A stretch of DNA of 57,373 nt from a virus (taxonomy: Duplodnaviria; Caudoviricetes), in IMG/VR virus record IMGVR_UViG_3300031759_000022, positions 1 through 57,373 of that record. One strand, given 5' to 3'. Shown here piece by piece: positions 29,948-40,305 of the stretch; the first letter of the stretch is position 1; every line of letters begins with the position of its first letter. The position numbers and the translations under genes were made by a program. Below the pieces are notes generated by a model that did no database searches, was not told the DNA's origin, and worked only from the letters and a program-made list of their open reading frames with translations.

Positions 29948-30876
29948 TGGCTGGTACTACTACCTCCTCTGGGTTAAACAATCTTTTAACTGATACAAAT
30001 CAGGTACAAACAACGCTGCCAACCTGGATGGATACGGCGCAGCAAAATGTTATTAACCAAGCCGGTACCGCTTCTAGTGCTGCCCCATCGTTTGGTCAAA
30101 CAACTGCTCAAGGCGCGGTTAATACTTTACAACCTGGTGCTGATAACCCTTTCACACAAGCGAATACAAGTTTAAATACTATTGCTTCTGGTGCTGCTAA
30201 CCCTTGGATTACTGATCCAACAACTGGGGCAGTGACCCCCAACACACAAACTGCTATGGGCGGTTTGTTTGCTGCACAAAACCAACAGTTAAACCAACTT
30301 ATGCCAACCATGACGGCTGGTACAGAGGCTGGAGCAATTGGTTCAGGAAACTTTGGTAGTTTACGTGGCCAAACAGCAGTAGATACTGCTAAAACTAATG
30401 CGTTTGATACACTGGCTGCACAGCAAATGCAATCTGCATTGCAGAACCAAGCTACAGGAGCTACCGCCGCTGGTACACAAGGCAGTGTTGCTAATCAAGG
30501 AATTACAGCAGGCCTAACAACTGGCGCTGCTCAAATGAATGCTCCGTACCAAGGTGCATTAAACTACGCAAATTTAGTAAATTCAGTAAACGCCCCAACA
30601 ACTGTATCCCAACAAAATCAAATGTCTCCGTTGTCTATGTTAGGTTCTCTATCTAGTGTACCCTCGGCAGCAAGTGGACTATTAGGAAGTTTAGGAATTA
30701 CAGGAAGTAGTTTTGGAGGCTTAGGTAACAGTATTTTAAGTAGTCTTGGGTTAGGTTCTTCTACACCAGTTGACACAACTAGCATACAATCTGGCGCTAC
30801 AACTGGAGGAACTTTTACTCCTACTGATGGTAGTAGTTTTGTCACTCCTCCAGTTGACACAACAACTCCAGTATAA
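29947..30876 (+). CDS. Internal virion/ejection protein
   Basis: Gln/Ala/Gly-rich, GNFGSLRG motif, Gly/Leu/Ser hydrophobic C-terminus. Confidence 0.65.
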   Translation: MAGTTTSSGLNNLLTDTNQVQTTLPTWMDTAQQNVINQAGTASSAAPSFGQTTAQGAVNTLQPGADNPFTQANTSLNTIASGAANPWITDPTTGAVTPNTQTAMGGLFAAQNQQLNQLMPTMTAGTEAGAIGSGNFGSLRGQTAVDTAKTNAFDTLAAQQMQSALQNQATGATAAGTQGSVANQGITAGLTTGAAQMNAPYQGALNYANLVNSVNAPTTVSQQNQMSPLSMLGSLSSVPSAASGLLGSLGITGSSFGGLGNSILSSLGLGSSTPVDTTSIQSGATTGGTFTPTDGSSFVTPPVDTTTPV

Positions 30877-30888
30877 CAAGGAACAATT

Positions 30889-32721
30889 ATGGCAGATACC
30901 CCAACAGCACCTTTATCAGCAGATGTAGATACTTCTGGAACGCCTACAGCGGGTTTAAGTACGCTCGGAACACCAGTAAAAGTAACCGGCGGCGGAAAAG
31001 GCGCAATGTCTACTATTTCCCCAACAGCTGGGGTATCTATGGACGAACAGTCTAGTAAAGCTATTCTTGGTAACATGCAAAAAATGTTAGATGAATACAA
31101 TGACCCATATAAAAAGTTTCAAGATAGTTTGCAAAAAGCTAGTGCTTGGACTAAGTATGATAAAACCCCTGGGTTTGAACAAATCCAACGTCAAGAAGAG
31201 CAAGATCGCTCTAACAAATATAATATTGCGCAAAATATGGCTTCTTTGCAAGCCGCACAAAATCAAACTAAAACCTTAAACCAGTTTATGAACCAATCCG
31301 GGGGCGCTGGTGGTGCAAGCGGTACTGGGGGCTCCGGGGGAGCGGATATTCCTGGAATTCCAGCAAACCAGCAACAATGGGCTAAGTATTTAAGTGCTAC
31401 AAATCAACCTGAATTTCAAAAGCTATTAACTAGCTATAATGTTAAACAGCCAGATGCACTTAAAATTATGGATGCTGTTAAGGGTATGCAAGATACCCCA
31501 CAAAACCGCGAACTATTGCGCCAAACATTTCCTAAATCATTTGAGCCAGCAACTACTTATGATGCACAAGGTCGTGAAACTAAAACTATGCCAGATATTG
31601 GGGCTTTGTTTAAACAAGCTAATGTGCCAACACAGGCTGCGCCCTCTACAGGTGCTGGTGTGTTTAGTGACCCAAGTATTCGTATTACTAGTGCACAACG
31701 TACCCCTCAACAAGGTCAAGCTCTGTATCAAACTAGCGTTGCTGCTGGAACTCCAGGCATTCAACCCAATGGCATACCTGTTGCTAAACCTGGTACAAGC
31801 CCGCATGAAACTTTGCCCGCTGGAGATGTTTTAGATATTGAAACAGATAAACTTACAACTGCTGGGCGTACTGAGTTGGCTCAAAAAGGCTACTACCAAC
31901 CATACGGAAAAGACAGCGTTCATTGGCAAAAAATTCCAGTAGCAGGTGCACCAGCAACTACTTTACCTGCAATGAAAGCCGCTCTACAACCTGGGGCACA
32001 ACCAACAACCGGAGATATACCATCTCCCTTGGCTGGTGATACCTCTGTACCGGGTGTAGCTACTAAATATGCTAACTTAGCAGCAGGTAATAAAGCGTTT
32101 ATTGAAGGACCACAAAAAGACTTAACGTCTAGAGTAGACGTTCAAAGAAACGATGTTACCAATGCTGATAAAGCGCTTGATGCAATAACTAAAGCTGATT
32201 TTGGCCCAGGTGGAGCACCAAAAATGGAAGTTATTAAATTAAAAATGCTGGCCGAAATGGCAGGCGGACCTAAATTAGTTACTCCTCAAGAAGAAGCATT
32301 TTATTTAGCTGGTCAAAATTTAGAAAATGTAAAACAAAGTCAAGTTGCTTTAGGCGCTAAAGCAGCAATGGGTGCGCAATACACGGGTAAAGAGTCCGAT
32401 AACTTTGCTAAAACTTTAGCTGGTATTAGCGATAAAAACGTGTATATTAAGTCTATATATCAAATGCAAAAAGCAAAAGCTATGATTGACAATGCGCATT
32501 TAGAATACTTAAATAGACACCAAGATGATCCACAAACAGCTAATGCAAATTGGAATCGTGAAGGTGGTATTGGTCAGCAAACATCCACAAATATTCTTAC
32601 AAATACTGTTGAGGCTTTTAAAAATATGCACACAGATGACGGTGCACGTAAATGGCTTGCTGAAAATCCAAACCATCCAAAAGCTGCTGAAGTTAGAAAA
32701 CATTTAGGAGAGGTTAAATAA
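30889..32721 (+). CDS. Internal virion protein with M15-like peptidoglycan peptidase domain
   Basis: ITSAQRT...VAKPGTSPHE...LDI...DSVHWQ resembles the peptidase M15 pattern. Confidence 0.65.
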   Translation: MADTPTAPLSADVDTSGTPTAGLSTLGTPVKVTGGGKGAMSTISPTAGVSMDEQSSKAILGNMQKMLDEYNDPYKKFQDSLQKASAWTKYDKTPGFEQIQRQEEQDRSNKYNIAQNMASLQAAQNQTKTLNQFMNQSGGAGGASGTGGSGGADIPGIPANQQQWAKYLSATNQPEFQKLLTSYNVKQPDALKIMDAVKGMQDTPQNRELLRQTFPKSFEPATTYDAQGRETKTMPDIGALFKQANVPTQAAPSTGAGVFSDPSIRITSAQRTPQQGQALYQTSVAAGTPGIQPNGIPVAKPGTSPHETLPAGDVLDIETDKLTTAGRTELAQKGYYQPYGKDSVHWQKIPVAGAPATTLPAMKAALQPGAQPTTGDIPSPLAGDTSVPGVATKYANLAAGNKAFIEGPQKDLTSRVDVQRNDVTNADKALDAITKADFGPGGAPKMEVIKLKMLAEMAGGPKLVTPQEEAFYLAGQNLENVKQSQVALGAKAAMGAQYTGKESDNFAKTLAGISDKNVYIKSIYQMQKAKAMIDNAHLEYLNRHQDDPQTANANWNREGGIGQQTSTNILTNTVEAFKNMHTDDGARKWLAENPNHPKAAEVRKHLGEVK

Positions 32722-34973
32722 TGGCTTTTGATCCAGATGCCTATGTAGCCCAAAAAAGCGCGCCATTAGAACAGCCCGGACCAAATGTAACTGTATCCGG
32801 ATTTAACCCTGATGAGTATGTTGCTCAAAAAGCTAAAACCGCTCCTGTTGAAGAAAGTAGTGGTTTTAAATTAGGTAATTTAAGTGACGCAGGGGTTTCC
32901 GCTGAGCGTATGCTAAATGCTATAGCTAAACCACCAGCAGCATTAGCAGAATATGCTGGTTGGGGTGCGCCAGCGAAAGCACTAATGGCCCGGGACGAGT
33001 ATCTTAAACAACATAGTGGTTTAGGTGCATCCCTATCTAGTCTTGGTGGCGATGTTGCAGGACTTATGATCCCTGGTGGCGCTGCAGGTAAAGTTGCAGA
33101 AGCAACTTCTATGCTTCCAAAAGCTACTGAGTTAATGGAACGTATTCCGGGTGCAGCTAAATTATTAGAAACTGGCCCAGCTTGGTTAGAAAAAACACTA
33201 GGCAGTAAATACGCACAAGCTGCAGGTTTAGGTGGAACTTCTTCTTTTTTAGCCCCTACAGGAAAAGATATAACAGAGCCAGGATTTGCGGAGCAACATA
33301 CTGCAGAGGCTGGCACAGGTGCTGCTTTAGGCCCAGTATTTACTAAGGGTGCTTCTATGGTTGGCACTGCTCTTGATCCAGCTATGAAGCGTTTTAAAGA
33401 CTTGTTAGCTCAAGGTTTCACCAAAGAGCAAATTATGAAAGGTAGCTTTGGGCAGGTTGTTGGTGGTTTAGCACAAAAAGCCGAAGACATTGGTGCATAT
33501 ATACCTTTTGGTGGAATAAGCTCTTTGGTATCAAAAGGCCAAAAAAGCTTTACAGATGCAGCCAAAAACATTGAAGGCTCCATAACAAAAACTGCAAAAG
33601 AAAAAGCAGCACAGCTTGATACTCAATTGGCAAATGCCAATGTAGGCTTAACAAATACCCAAAAAGGTGTAGTTGTTCCTGCAGCTAAAGCAAAATTAGA
33701 TTCTGATAAATTAGATTTACAAAACCGTTATGATGATTTTGTAAAAACTACAACAGATAACATGAACGAACGTCATGCTAATGAATTTAGTCGGCCTATT
33801 ATACAAAAAGCATTAGACCCTGTTGGGGTAACGCTTCCGGATGAGCACCAAGGTACCGAAGCTATTAAGTTTGCGCAAGGTGTTGAAAAGCAACTATACG
33901 ATAGTGGTATTGAAAAAGTTGGAGATATCAGAATTGGAGACAATGAGCTAAATTCACTTAAATCCGTATTAGATGCAAGTAAACACCGTCTTGGTGGAGA
34001 AGGTTCTGATTTATATAATAAATTAGCTAGTAGAGTAGATGAAATAAAAGATACTGCTGGGGATTCTAAGTTAATATCTGCTGGACAATGGCATAATATA
34101 TTTAAAGATTTAGGTGCAGAGGCTCAAAACTACAAAGGCCCCCTTTCTTCTGGTACAGACCGCGAATACGGTAGTGCGGTAACTAACCTTAAAAATAAAT
34201 GGATGGATATTATTGAGGGCACTGAAGGCTCGGATATAATTAAAAAAGCTAATGCGGTTCACTCAGCTTTACAAGTACCACAAACAGCAGCTGGGTATTT
34301 AAATACATATATGGAAAAGGGCGGTAAGTTTGACCCTAAAGATTTCTTACGAGCATTAAAATCTGAATCATCAAATAAACGTTTTGCTGCTGGTGATTCA
34401 AGACTTCAAGAAGAAGCACTTGCTGCGTATCAAAAAATGGCAGATGAAAAGTTAGCTTTAAAAGCTAGTCACGATACTTTCAAAACTCAGTTAACTGCTA
34501 AGAAAAAAGAAAAAGCCGCTGAAATGGGTGCGAATTTAACTTTGCAAAACAAAAATATTGCTAATCAAAAAGCATATTTAAAAACACAAAAAGAAGCTGA
34601 AAAAGAAGTATTAAAAACTCAAGTTGATACCAAAAAAGAAGCTTTAGACAAAACTTTAGAGGACGTCTCTAACACAGCAAACGACGCTTATGCAAAACAT
34701 AGGATTATGTATGGTATGTTGGGACTAGGGGGAACGGGAGCTATAGGTCAGGCACTACCATTGGACGCTACAACAAAATTAGGGATTGCGGGAGCTGCAT
34801 TAACTGGTTCCCACATTTATGCCGCTCCTCCAGTTCAAGCAGCGCTAAAAGCTGCAGCGCTTTCTAGGCCGGACATTGCTAGAGTTGCAGGGCAAAAGTT
34901 AAAAGAAAAAGCTCCTTTAATTGGTGGATTGGCGGCTTATTCAGCCAACCAATCCAATACACCACCTAAGTAA
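32721..34973 (+). CDS. Large internal virion/ejection protein
   Basis: FDPDAY repeats at N-terminus, Ala/Gly-rich helical; last gene of the virion arm. Confidence 0.65.
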   Translation: MAFDPDAYVAQKSAPLEQPGPNVTVSGFNPDEYVAQKAKTAPVEESSGFKLGNLSDAGVSAERMLNAIAKPPAALAEYAGWGAPAKALMARDEYLKQHSGLGASLSSLGGDVAGLMIPGGAAGKVAEATSMLPKATELMERIPGAAKLLETGPAWLEKTLGSKYAQAAGLGGTSSFLAPTGKDITEPGFAEQHTAEAGTGAALGPVFTKGASMVGTALDPAMKRFKDLLAQGFTKEQIMKGSFGQVVGGLAQKAEDIGAYIPFGGISSLVSKGQKSFTDAAKNIEGSITKTAKEKAAQLDTQLANANVGLTNTQKGVVVPAAKAKLDSDKLDLQNRYDDFVKTTTDNMNERHANEFSRPIIQKALDPVGVTLPDEHQGTEAIKFAQGVEKQLYDSGIEKVGDIRIGDNELNSLKSVLDASKHRLGGEGSDLYNKLASRVDEIKDTAGDSKLISAGQWHNIFKDLGAEAQNYKGPLSSGTDREYGSAVTNLKNKWMDIIEGTEGSDIIKKANAVHSALQVPQTAAGYLNTYMEKGGKFDPKDFLRALKSESSNKRFAAGDSRLQEEALAAYQKMADEKLALKASHDTFKTQLTAKKKEKAAEMGANLTLQNKNIANQKAYLKTQKEAEKEVLKTQVDTKKEALDKTLEDVSNTANDAYAKHRIMYGMLGLGGTGAIGQALPLDATTKLGIAGAALTGSHIYAAPPVQAALKAAALSRPDIARVAGQKLKEKAPLIGGLAAYSANQSNTPPK

Positions 34974-36866
34974 TTACTTCCTGTAACGCTTATTGACCCA
35001 GCCCTCTGCTGCTAGAGGAAATGTTGGGGCCCATGTTGGTGGGGTTGTCATAATTTGCATAACCTCACCATCCAATACTAACTTTGCATTTTCTTCATCA
35101 ACTAGGATTAATACCTCATCATGGATAGAATTGATTATCTCATAGCCCTTCTTCTCCAAATTGAGCATCGCATTTGCCAAAAAATCTCTGGCGGTTCCCT
35201 GAACTGCGGATTGAAAGATAGAGCTACCAATGAGTTGGTTCCTAGTCCAAGCCCGGGTGTAGGTATTCAAACTGTGAACAGTGACCCCATACTTAGTAGT
35301 CCCCCAAGGAGTTGTGACCAAATCGAGTTGTGGCCTCTGCCAGCAAATCAACCTACCGCTTGGCAATTTCATCCATAGTGTTTCTTTCACAACTTTCAGC
35401 ACAATATGCTGTCCCGCCCGAAATGGATTGCCGGGATTGCTTACTGCTTCAATCGCAGCATTTTCGCACAATGACCACAGCTCCTTCACTTTCGAATACG
35501 AACTGCGGTAACCATCTACTGCGCTCTTGGCTTGAACCTCACTCAGCTTAACCCCCATCCCTTCAGCATACTTAACAAGTCCCTTAGCTCCTTGGCCAAA
35601 CATCGCGCCCAATACCGCGGACTTACTAACCTGGCGTTGTTCCTTTGTGACCTCATCGTATGGTATATGGTACAAGCGTTCCGAAGCGAAGACCTTGTAC
35701 TCATCTAATCCCTTTCTAAAGAGCTCGACCTTGTCTTTTTGCCCAGCCAGGTAGACGCCAACTCGGTTTTCAATTGAGCTAAAATCCACGTCAACGAAGG
35801 TTTTGCCCGAAGGTGCTTTGATCGCAGATCTAACGAGGCTTGAAAGTTCTGCCATTGTGCCACTTGCCCCTCCAAATACCTGTGGTATCGCGCGTTCAAT
35901 CTCAGCATCTTCGAGTGTGGGACGAGCAATATTCTGTAAATTGAGGCCACCACGGCTCGCCCAGCGGCCAGTACTAGCGCCATGATATACCAATGTATTC
36001 CTAATCCGTCCTTCACGTTGTATCTCCTGCATCTTAGCGTACTTAGCCACGCTAGTTTGGCTCCCTTCTTGGCGTAATTCTAATGCCCTACGTACGTCTT
36101 TATGTAAGTTAGTGTCTACTAACTTAGCTGAAACGGTCTTAGCGGTCATATCAGCCATATCTCCACCCTTTTCATTCAACCAACCGAGCAATTTAGCCCT
36201 TTCTGAGGGCTTAAAACCTGTCATAGCGATGAGTTCTTGGTCCAACTGTGCCTGTGCCCCCAATACAGCTTTACAGGCATTCTGGAGCTCTATAGGATCA
36301 ACTGGTACGCCTCGATCATTAATTTGCTGTGTCAGAGTATATACTTCTTGTTCGGCGGCTGTAAGGGGCCTTAAAACGCTTCCTATGGCCATCTCTGTGC
36401 GTACGTCACCCATACAATAATCATACATCTGTTTTAGCAAAACCGGGTCTTTGTCGAATGTACCGTCTTTCTTTGGTTTACATAGCTTTTGAATGAGTCG
36501 CTTACCAATGGGGTCTTTTTGCTCCACAGTACCTAAAAATATAGCAGCATCTTCCAAACTCTGTGGCACGTTATTGGCTGCTGCTATAGCCATAGTATCA
36601 ATGCATCTTTCAAGCAGAATGTCCAATTTAAGCACGTATTTCATAATGTGCCATTCAAACATAACATTCCACCCTTGAAACCAATTGTTTCTTTCGTACA
36701 TAAACATTGGCAAAGGCATATCTGGGGTCCAAAGTTTTACAGGACCCCCATCAATAGAATACGCCATACAAATCACTTCGGTGCTTGGGTCGCTTGCGTA
36801 TATGTCTAATCCATGAGTTGGCAAATCAATGTTACTTCGCACTTCAAAGTCTAAATTAATCAACAT
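34974..36866 (-). CDS. polA: DNA polymerase family A (phage type)
   Basis: LDFE exonuclease motif, TGRWAS, VDFSSIENRV (motif A), RQVSKSAVLGAMFG (B), IHDE (C). Confidence 0.92.
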   Translation of the reverse strand: MLINLDFEVRSNIDLPTHGLDIYASDPSTEVICMAYSIDGGPVKLWTPDMPLPMFMYERNNWFQGWNVMFEWHIMKYVLKLDILLERCIDTMAIAAANNVPQSLEDAAIFLGTVEQKDPIGKRLIQKLCKPKKDGTFDKDPVLLKQMYDYCMGDVRTEMAIGSVLRPLTAAEQEVYTLTQQINDRGVPVDPIELQNACKAVLGAQAQLDQELIAMTGFKPSERAKLLGWLNEKGGDMADMTAKTVSAKLVDTNLHKDVRRALELRQEGSQTSVAKYAKMQEIQREGRIRNTLVYHGASTGRWASRGGLNLQNIARPTLEDAEIERAIPQVFGGASGTMAELSSLVRSAIKAPSGKTFVDVDFSSIENRVGVYLAGQKDKVELFRKGLDEYKVFASERLYHIPYDEVTKEQRQVSKSAVLGAMFGQGAKGLVKYAEGMGVKLSEVQAKSAVDGYRSSYSKVKELWSLCENAAIEAVSNPGNPFRAGQHIVLKVVKETLWMKLPSGRLICWQRPQLDLVTTPWGTTKYGVTVHSLNTYTRAWTRNQLIGSSIFQSAVQGTARDFLANAMLNLEKKGYEIINSIHDEVLILVDEENAKLVLDGEVMQIMTTPPTWAPTFPLAAEGWVNKRYRK

Positions 36867-37245
36867 TTTTTACCTTTCGTTTTGTCCAACCATGTTTGTT
36901 TTCTACCGAATGAATAGCATGGCAGTTAGCACACAATACTTCGCATTTGGCGATTTCTGCAAAAATGGTTTCCCATTTTCTTTTGGGGTCTTGCGATATA
37001 TTGAATAGTTTTTCCCCTTTAATATGATTAAATTGTAGTGCTGCAGGGTGTTTATTATATCCGCATTGCGCACAGCCTCGGCTTAATTTAATGCTATTAA
37101 TCGCCTCTCTACGACCCTGTTGAAACTTTTTTGTTGTTCTGGATTTATTCGGGTTGTGATTTCGGCATTTTGCTGAACAATATTTTTGCCAAACCACTTT
37201 TGATATGTAGTTTGCACTACACGATTGACATGTTTTCACACTCAC
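36856..37245 (-). CDS. HNH endonuclease-like protein
   Basis: CAQCGY...ALQFNH...EIAKCEVLCANCH. Confidence 0.75.
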   Translation of the reverse strand: MSVKTCQSCSANYISKVVWQKYCSAKCRNHNPNKSRTTKKFQQGRREAINSIKLSRGCAQCGYNKHPAALQFNHIKGEKLFNISQDPKRKWETIFAEIAKCEVLCANCHAIHSVENKHGWTKRKVKNVD

Positions 37246-37269
37246 TCCTAGGGTAACCGACGTATCGGG

Positions 37270-37297
37270 AAAAAAGGGGGCCAGGACTGCGCCCCCA
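37270..37297 (-). terminator. Terminator after RNR
   Basis: Minus strand GGGGGC...GCCCCC followed by T6. Confidence 0.7.
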
Positions 37298-37321
37298 AAC
37301 CAACCACCATGTAAAACTTAA

Positions 37322-39196
37322 TTATATCTCACAAACGCCAGCGCTGCAAGCAAGCATTTGGACGCCTTCTACATTGTCGGTTTCCTCTTTAAGTTGGCTC
37401 CAATCAATAACAGGTATAGCTGCTTTTAGTTCTTCGTATTCCTGCTCAGTACATTCAGTATACGGTGCTTGACGGTAAGTTCCTCCGTCGTAGGGGAGGT
37501 AGCTAACTCCGCTGATTTCGTCAAAGTTGTTCCATGTCCAGGCTCCAACACTAGGCCAGTCTCCTTCCGCAACCGAGATCGTAACAGAGGGTTTGTGCTC
37601 GCACCAATATCGCTGATAGGTAAGCCAGAGCTCAAGGTGGGCGATTGGGGTAACGTCGTCTCTGGTAAGTCCATCGGGGGCTTTCTGTGGAAAACTGAAG
37701 ACGGTAGTTTGGGTGGGTTTGTAAACACAGTCTTCTGCTGGAATTCCTTGTCCAATAAGGAATTGGGAGAGAGGATCTTTTTTATCTCCTCGCACTCTTC
37801 GGATATAGAATTTAGCATGGCGAGGGTGGATGCCGCTCGCCGAATTAGTAAGCTGGGATACTGTTCCACTTGGCTTGACGCATGTGATAGCAGCGCTGAC
37901 AGGGATTCCGAGAGCAGCTGCCCATTCTTCATTTGTACTTCTAGCGCACTCTCTAAGTTCTGTAAGTAAGGCATTTAATTTAGGTCCTTGGGTTGTGAGA
38001 AGGGGATTATCGTAGATTCCAGTGAGGGAGACACCAAGTAGGCGCTCTTCTTCAGTATTACGTTGCCACACTTTGCGCAAGTAGGGGAACTTTGTGAAGG
38101 TGGACTGGATTGTACCAAGGATGGTGGCAAGCCGCACTTTACGCAACAAGGTCTCTTTAGTATCGTCATGTCGTACTACGCACTCAGAGAGGTTGCAGAA
38201 TTGGTAAGGACGTAAAATAATTTCCGAACACGGATTCGTTCCAAATTCGTAGTTAGGGTCCCTGTTACCATATTTCTCAACAGTTTTCTTTGCAGCTTCG
38301 CGGTTAAATATACCGCGTTCCCCTGAGTGGGAGTTGTATAGCGAAAGCCACTCTTCCATGAATTTGCCAACGGTTGGAGTTTCATTGTAAACCGCAGAGT
38401 TGTTTGCAAGAGCGCGGTGCGGGGCAGTATCCCACCATGGGCCAGCTTTAGCATATCGAATCCTTTCATCGTCTAAGTCGGAAAGTGAAATCATAGCTGA
38501 TCGGCGCACACCACCAACCACTACCACCTCACCAATTTTACACATCAGGTCATGGCACTCTAATGAATTTAAGCGACGGCCTTTAGCGTTTTTAAATGTT
38601 GCTACAGTAAACTCAAACAAATCAATCAGTGGTTGCGGCCCGGAAGCTCGTCCGCCAAATGTTTTGAGTCGTGCTCCGGAAGGTCTAACGGCTGACACGT
38701 CCCATTTAGGGATTTCACCAGCCCATAAAGTGGCAAGCAAAAGTCGCAGTGACTTAGACCAACCTTCTTTTGAATCATGTACGGTGATTCGATGTTCTGA
38801 ATCAAATAAGCGCTCTGGCACTTCGGGCAGCTTATTAATATTTTTGGACTCCACTGAGAATCCGACGCCAGTGCCACACAAGAGAATGAACATTGCCTCG
38901 TCAAAGCTCTTAGGATCATCCACAGGCATATAAGCACAATTATAAACGCAAGTATTATCACGATCGGCACTCTTTCCAGCCGTCATCATGGCTCGCATGG
39001 AAGGCATTAATTCTAGGTTAACAATAGAGTTGTATAACTCAGCTTTTAATTCTGTATTTTCGGTAATTGCAGGTGTTCTGGTAAAAATATAATCTGTAAA
39101 TCTTGTCACTGTTTCAGGCCAGGTCTCACGACGACCTTTATCGTCTTGGTAACGGGCGTATCTGCTTGCCGCGATATATTCCATGTACTGATCCAA
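37322..39196 (-). CDS. nrdJ: Class II (adenosylcobalamin-dependent) ribonucleotide reductase, monomeric type
   Basis: SRYAR...RRETW, PSMRAM, NCAY, GTGVGFS, VVVGGVRRSA, TNPCSEI, CVKPSGT, terminal ACSAGVCEI; no NrdB present. Confidence 0.9.
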   Translation of the reverse strand: MDQYMEYIAASRYARYQDDKGRRETWPETVTRFTDYIFTRTPAITENTELKAELYNSIVNLELMPSMRAMMTAGKSADRDNTCVYNCAYMPVDDPKSFDEAMFILLCGTGVGFSVESKNINKLPEVPERLFDSEHRITVHDSKEGWSKSLRLLLATLWAGEIPKWDVSAVRPSGARLKTFGGRASGPQPLIDLFEFTVATFKNAKGRRLNSLECHDLMCKIGEVVVVGGVRRSAMISLSDLDDERIRYAKAGPWWDTAPHRALANNSAVYNETPTVGKFMEEWLSLYNSHSGERGIFNREAAKKTVEKYGNRDPNYEFGTNPCSEIILRPYQFCNLSECVVRHDDTKETLLRKVRLATILGTIQSTFTKFPYLRKVWQRNTEEERLLGVSLTGIYDNPLLTTQGPKLNALLTELRECARSTNEEWAAALGIPVSAAITCVKPSGTVSQLTNSASGIHPRHAKFYIRRVRGDKKDPLSQFLIGQGIPAEDCVYKPTQTTVFSFPQKAPDGLTRDDVTPIAHLELWLTYQRYWCEHKPSVTISVAEGDWPSVGAWTWNNFDEISGVSYLPYDGGTYRQAPYTECTEQEYEELKAAIPVIDWSQLKEETDNVEGVQMLACSAGVCEI

Positions 39197-39309
39197 AATT
39201 GTTTTCCTTATTGTTCTCTATATTATATGGTGGGAAAAAAGGGAGGCCATAGTTTCTATGGACACTCCCTGCACTACTTACTACAAAGGCCTCTAGGGCA
39301 ATTTACTAC

Positions 39310-39825
39310 TTATACTGCGAAATCATCAGCTGCTGAAGAACCACCACCTAATTTATCAGCATCAGCTAACTTTTGTAGGTTGTTTAAACCACACGCAATA
39401 CCTTTAGAACCGGCGGCATTGTATGGGTAAAATGTTACAGATGCACGACCATAACAACCACTATAGAACTCGTTTTGGTCAAACAACTCTTCACGATTTG
39501 CATCTACAACTTGAGGCTTTTGTGCGCTGTTGGCGTTGATAAAATAATGACCTGCATAAGCTGCATCATCACGCTCTTCATCACCATCACGCAAACCGCC
39601 TTTTAAACCTTTTGGTACTGAGCCGCCAAAGAACGCTGCGTTAGTTGTCTTAGCATCTTCAAAGGCTTTTTTAATCTTTGCAACACCTTCAACATCGGAC
39701 TTAGGGATAAGAATAGAAACTGAATACTTTGGTTCGCCACCATTCATACCAGCTTTTGGCTGAAATACATTAGCGTATGAAAAACGAACTTTACCTGTTA
39801 CGATTTTAACTTTGTTGGATTGCAT
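39310..39825 (-). CDS. Single-stranded DNA-binding protein (DUF2815 family)
   Basis: VRFSYANVFQP...KYSVSILIPK...LRDGD...FYSGCYGRAS...GIACGLNN, acidic tail. Confidence 0.88.
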   Translation of the reverse strand: MQSNKVKIVTGKVRFSYANVFQPKAGMNGGEPKYSVSILIPKSDVEGVAKIKKAFEDAKTTNAAFFGGSVPKGLKGGLRDGDEERDDAAYAGHYFINANSAQKPQVVDANREELFDQNEFYSGCYGRASVTFYPYNAAGSKGIACGLNNLQKLADADKLGGGSSAADDFAV

Positions 39826-39832
39826 TTTATTT

Positions 39833-39872
39833 CCTATTTACATTAGAACTGGACTTCAATAGGGGCCAGTTC
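39833..39872 (-). promoter_or_regulatory. Candidate H-type pseudoknot over the SSB ribosome-binding site
   Basis: Stem GAACTGG/CCAGTTC; loop CCTATT complements downstream AATAGG containing the SD. Confidence 0.5.
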
Positions 39873-39888
39873 GTCTACCCTTAACGCT

Positions 39889-39916
39889 ATTATACACACT
39901 TTTACGAATCGTGCAA
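39889..39916 (-). promoter_or_regulatory. Sigma70-like promoter for SSB
   Basis: TTGCAC-N16-TATAAT on the minus strand. Confidence 0.5.
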
Positions 39917-40159
39917 TATTCCGTGAAACTCTAATGCTTTTTGTACTGCCATTGCGTTAATAAAATCTGCTTTGTACTCATACTCGTCTAATGCTTCTGG
40001 ATCTTCTGCTATGTAATCGAGTACTTCATACATATCATATCTTAATTGTAACACAGCTTCTCTATTTCCGCTACCGGGTAAACCATCAAAATCTTTTGTA
40101 TACTTTTCTATTAAATAATCGGGAACTTCTATTTTATATCCAGAGTATTCAATATTCAT
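39902..40159 (-). CDS. Acidic hypothetical protein
   Basis: 85 aa, ATGA-coupled. Confidence 0.6.
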   Translation of the reverse strand: MNIEYSGYKIEVPDYLIEKYTKDFDGLPGSGNREAVLQLRYDMYEVLDYIAEDPEALDEYEYKADFINAMAVQKALEFHGILHDS

Positions 40160-40305
40160 AGTTGTAATGTTACCATAACTAGGCCCACATTACCTAAAGC
40201 ATATCCTAAAAACGAAATACCCATACCGACTTGACCTTTCATAATAAATTGAATTGCCACAATAGTATACACCACACCAATCAAACCAATTAACCAGGCG
40301 TTCAT
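40156..40305 (-). CDS. Small two-TM membrane protein (MNAWLIGLIGVVY..., 49 aa)
   Basis: Hand-translated; ATGA overlaps on both sides. Confidence 0.6.
   Translation of the reverse strand: MNAWLIGLIGVVYTIVAIQFIMKGQVGMGISFLGYALGNVGLVMVTLQL

Noticed and set aside
37426-38970. Long alternate-frame and antisense ORFs inside nrdJ (also in polA, DUF2800 and portal)
   Set aside because: Shadow ORFs with no RBS or recognisable motifs, fully inside well-supported genes.
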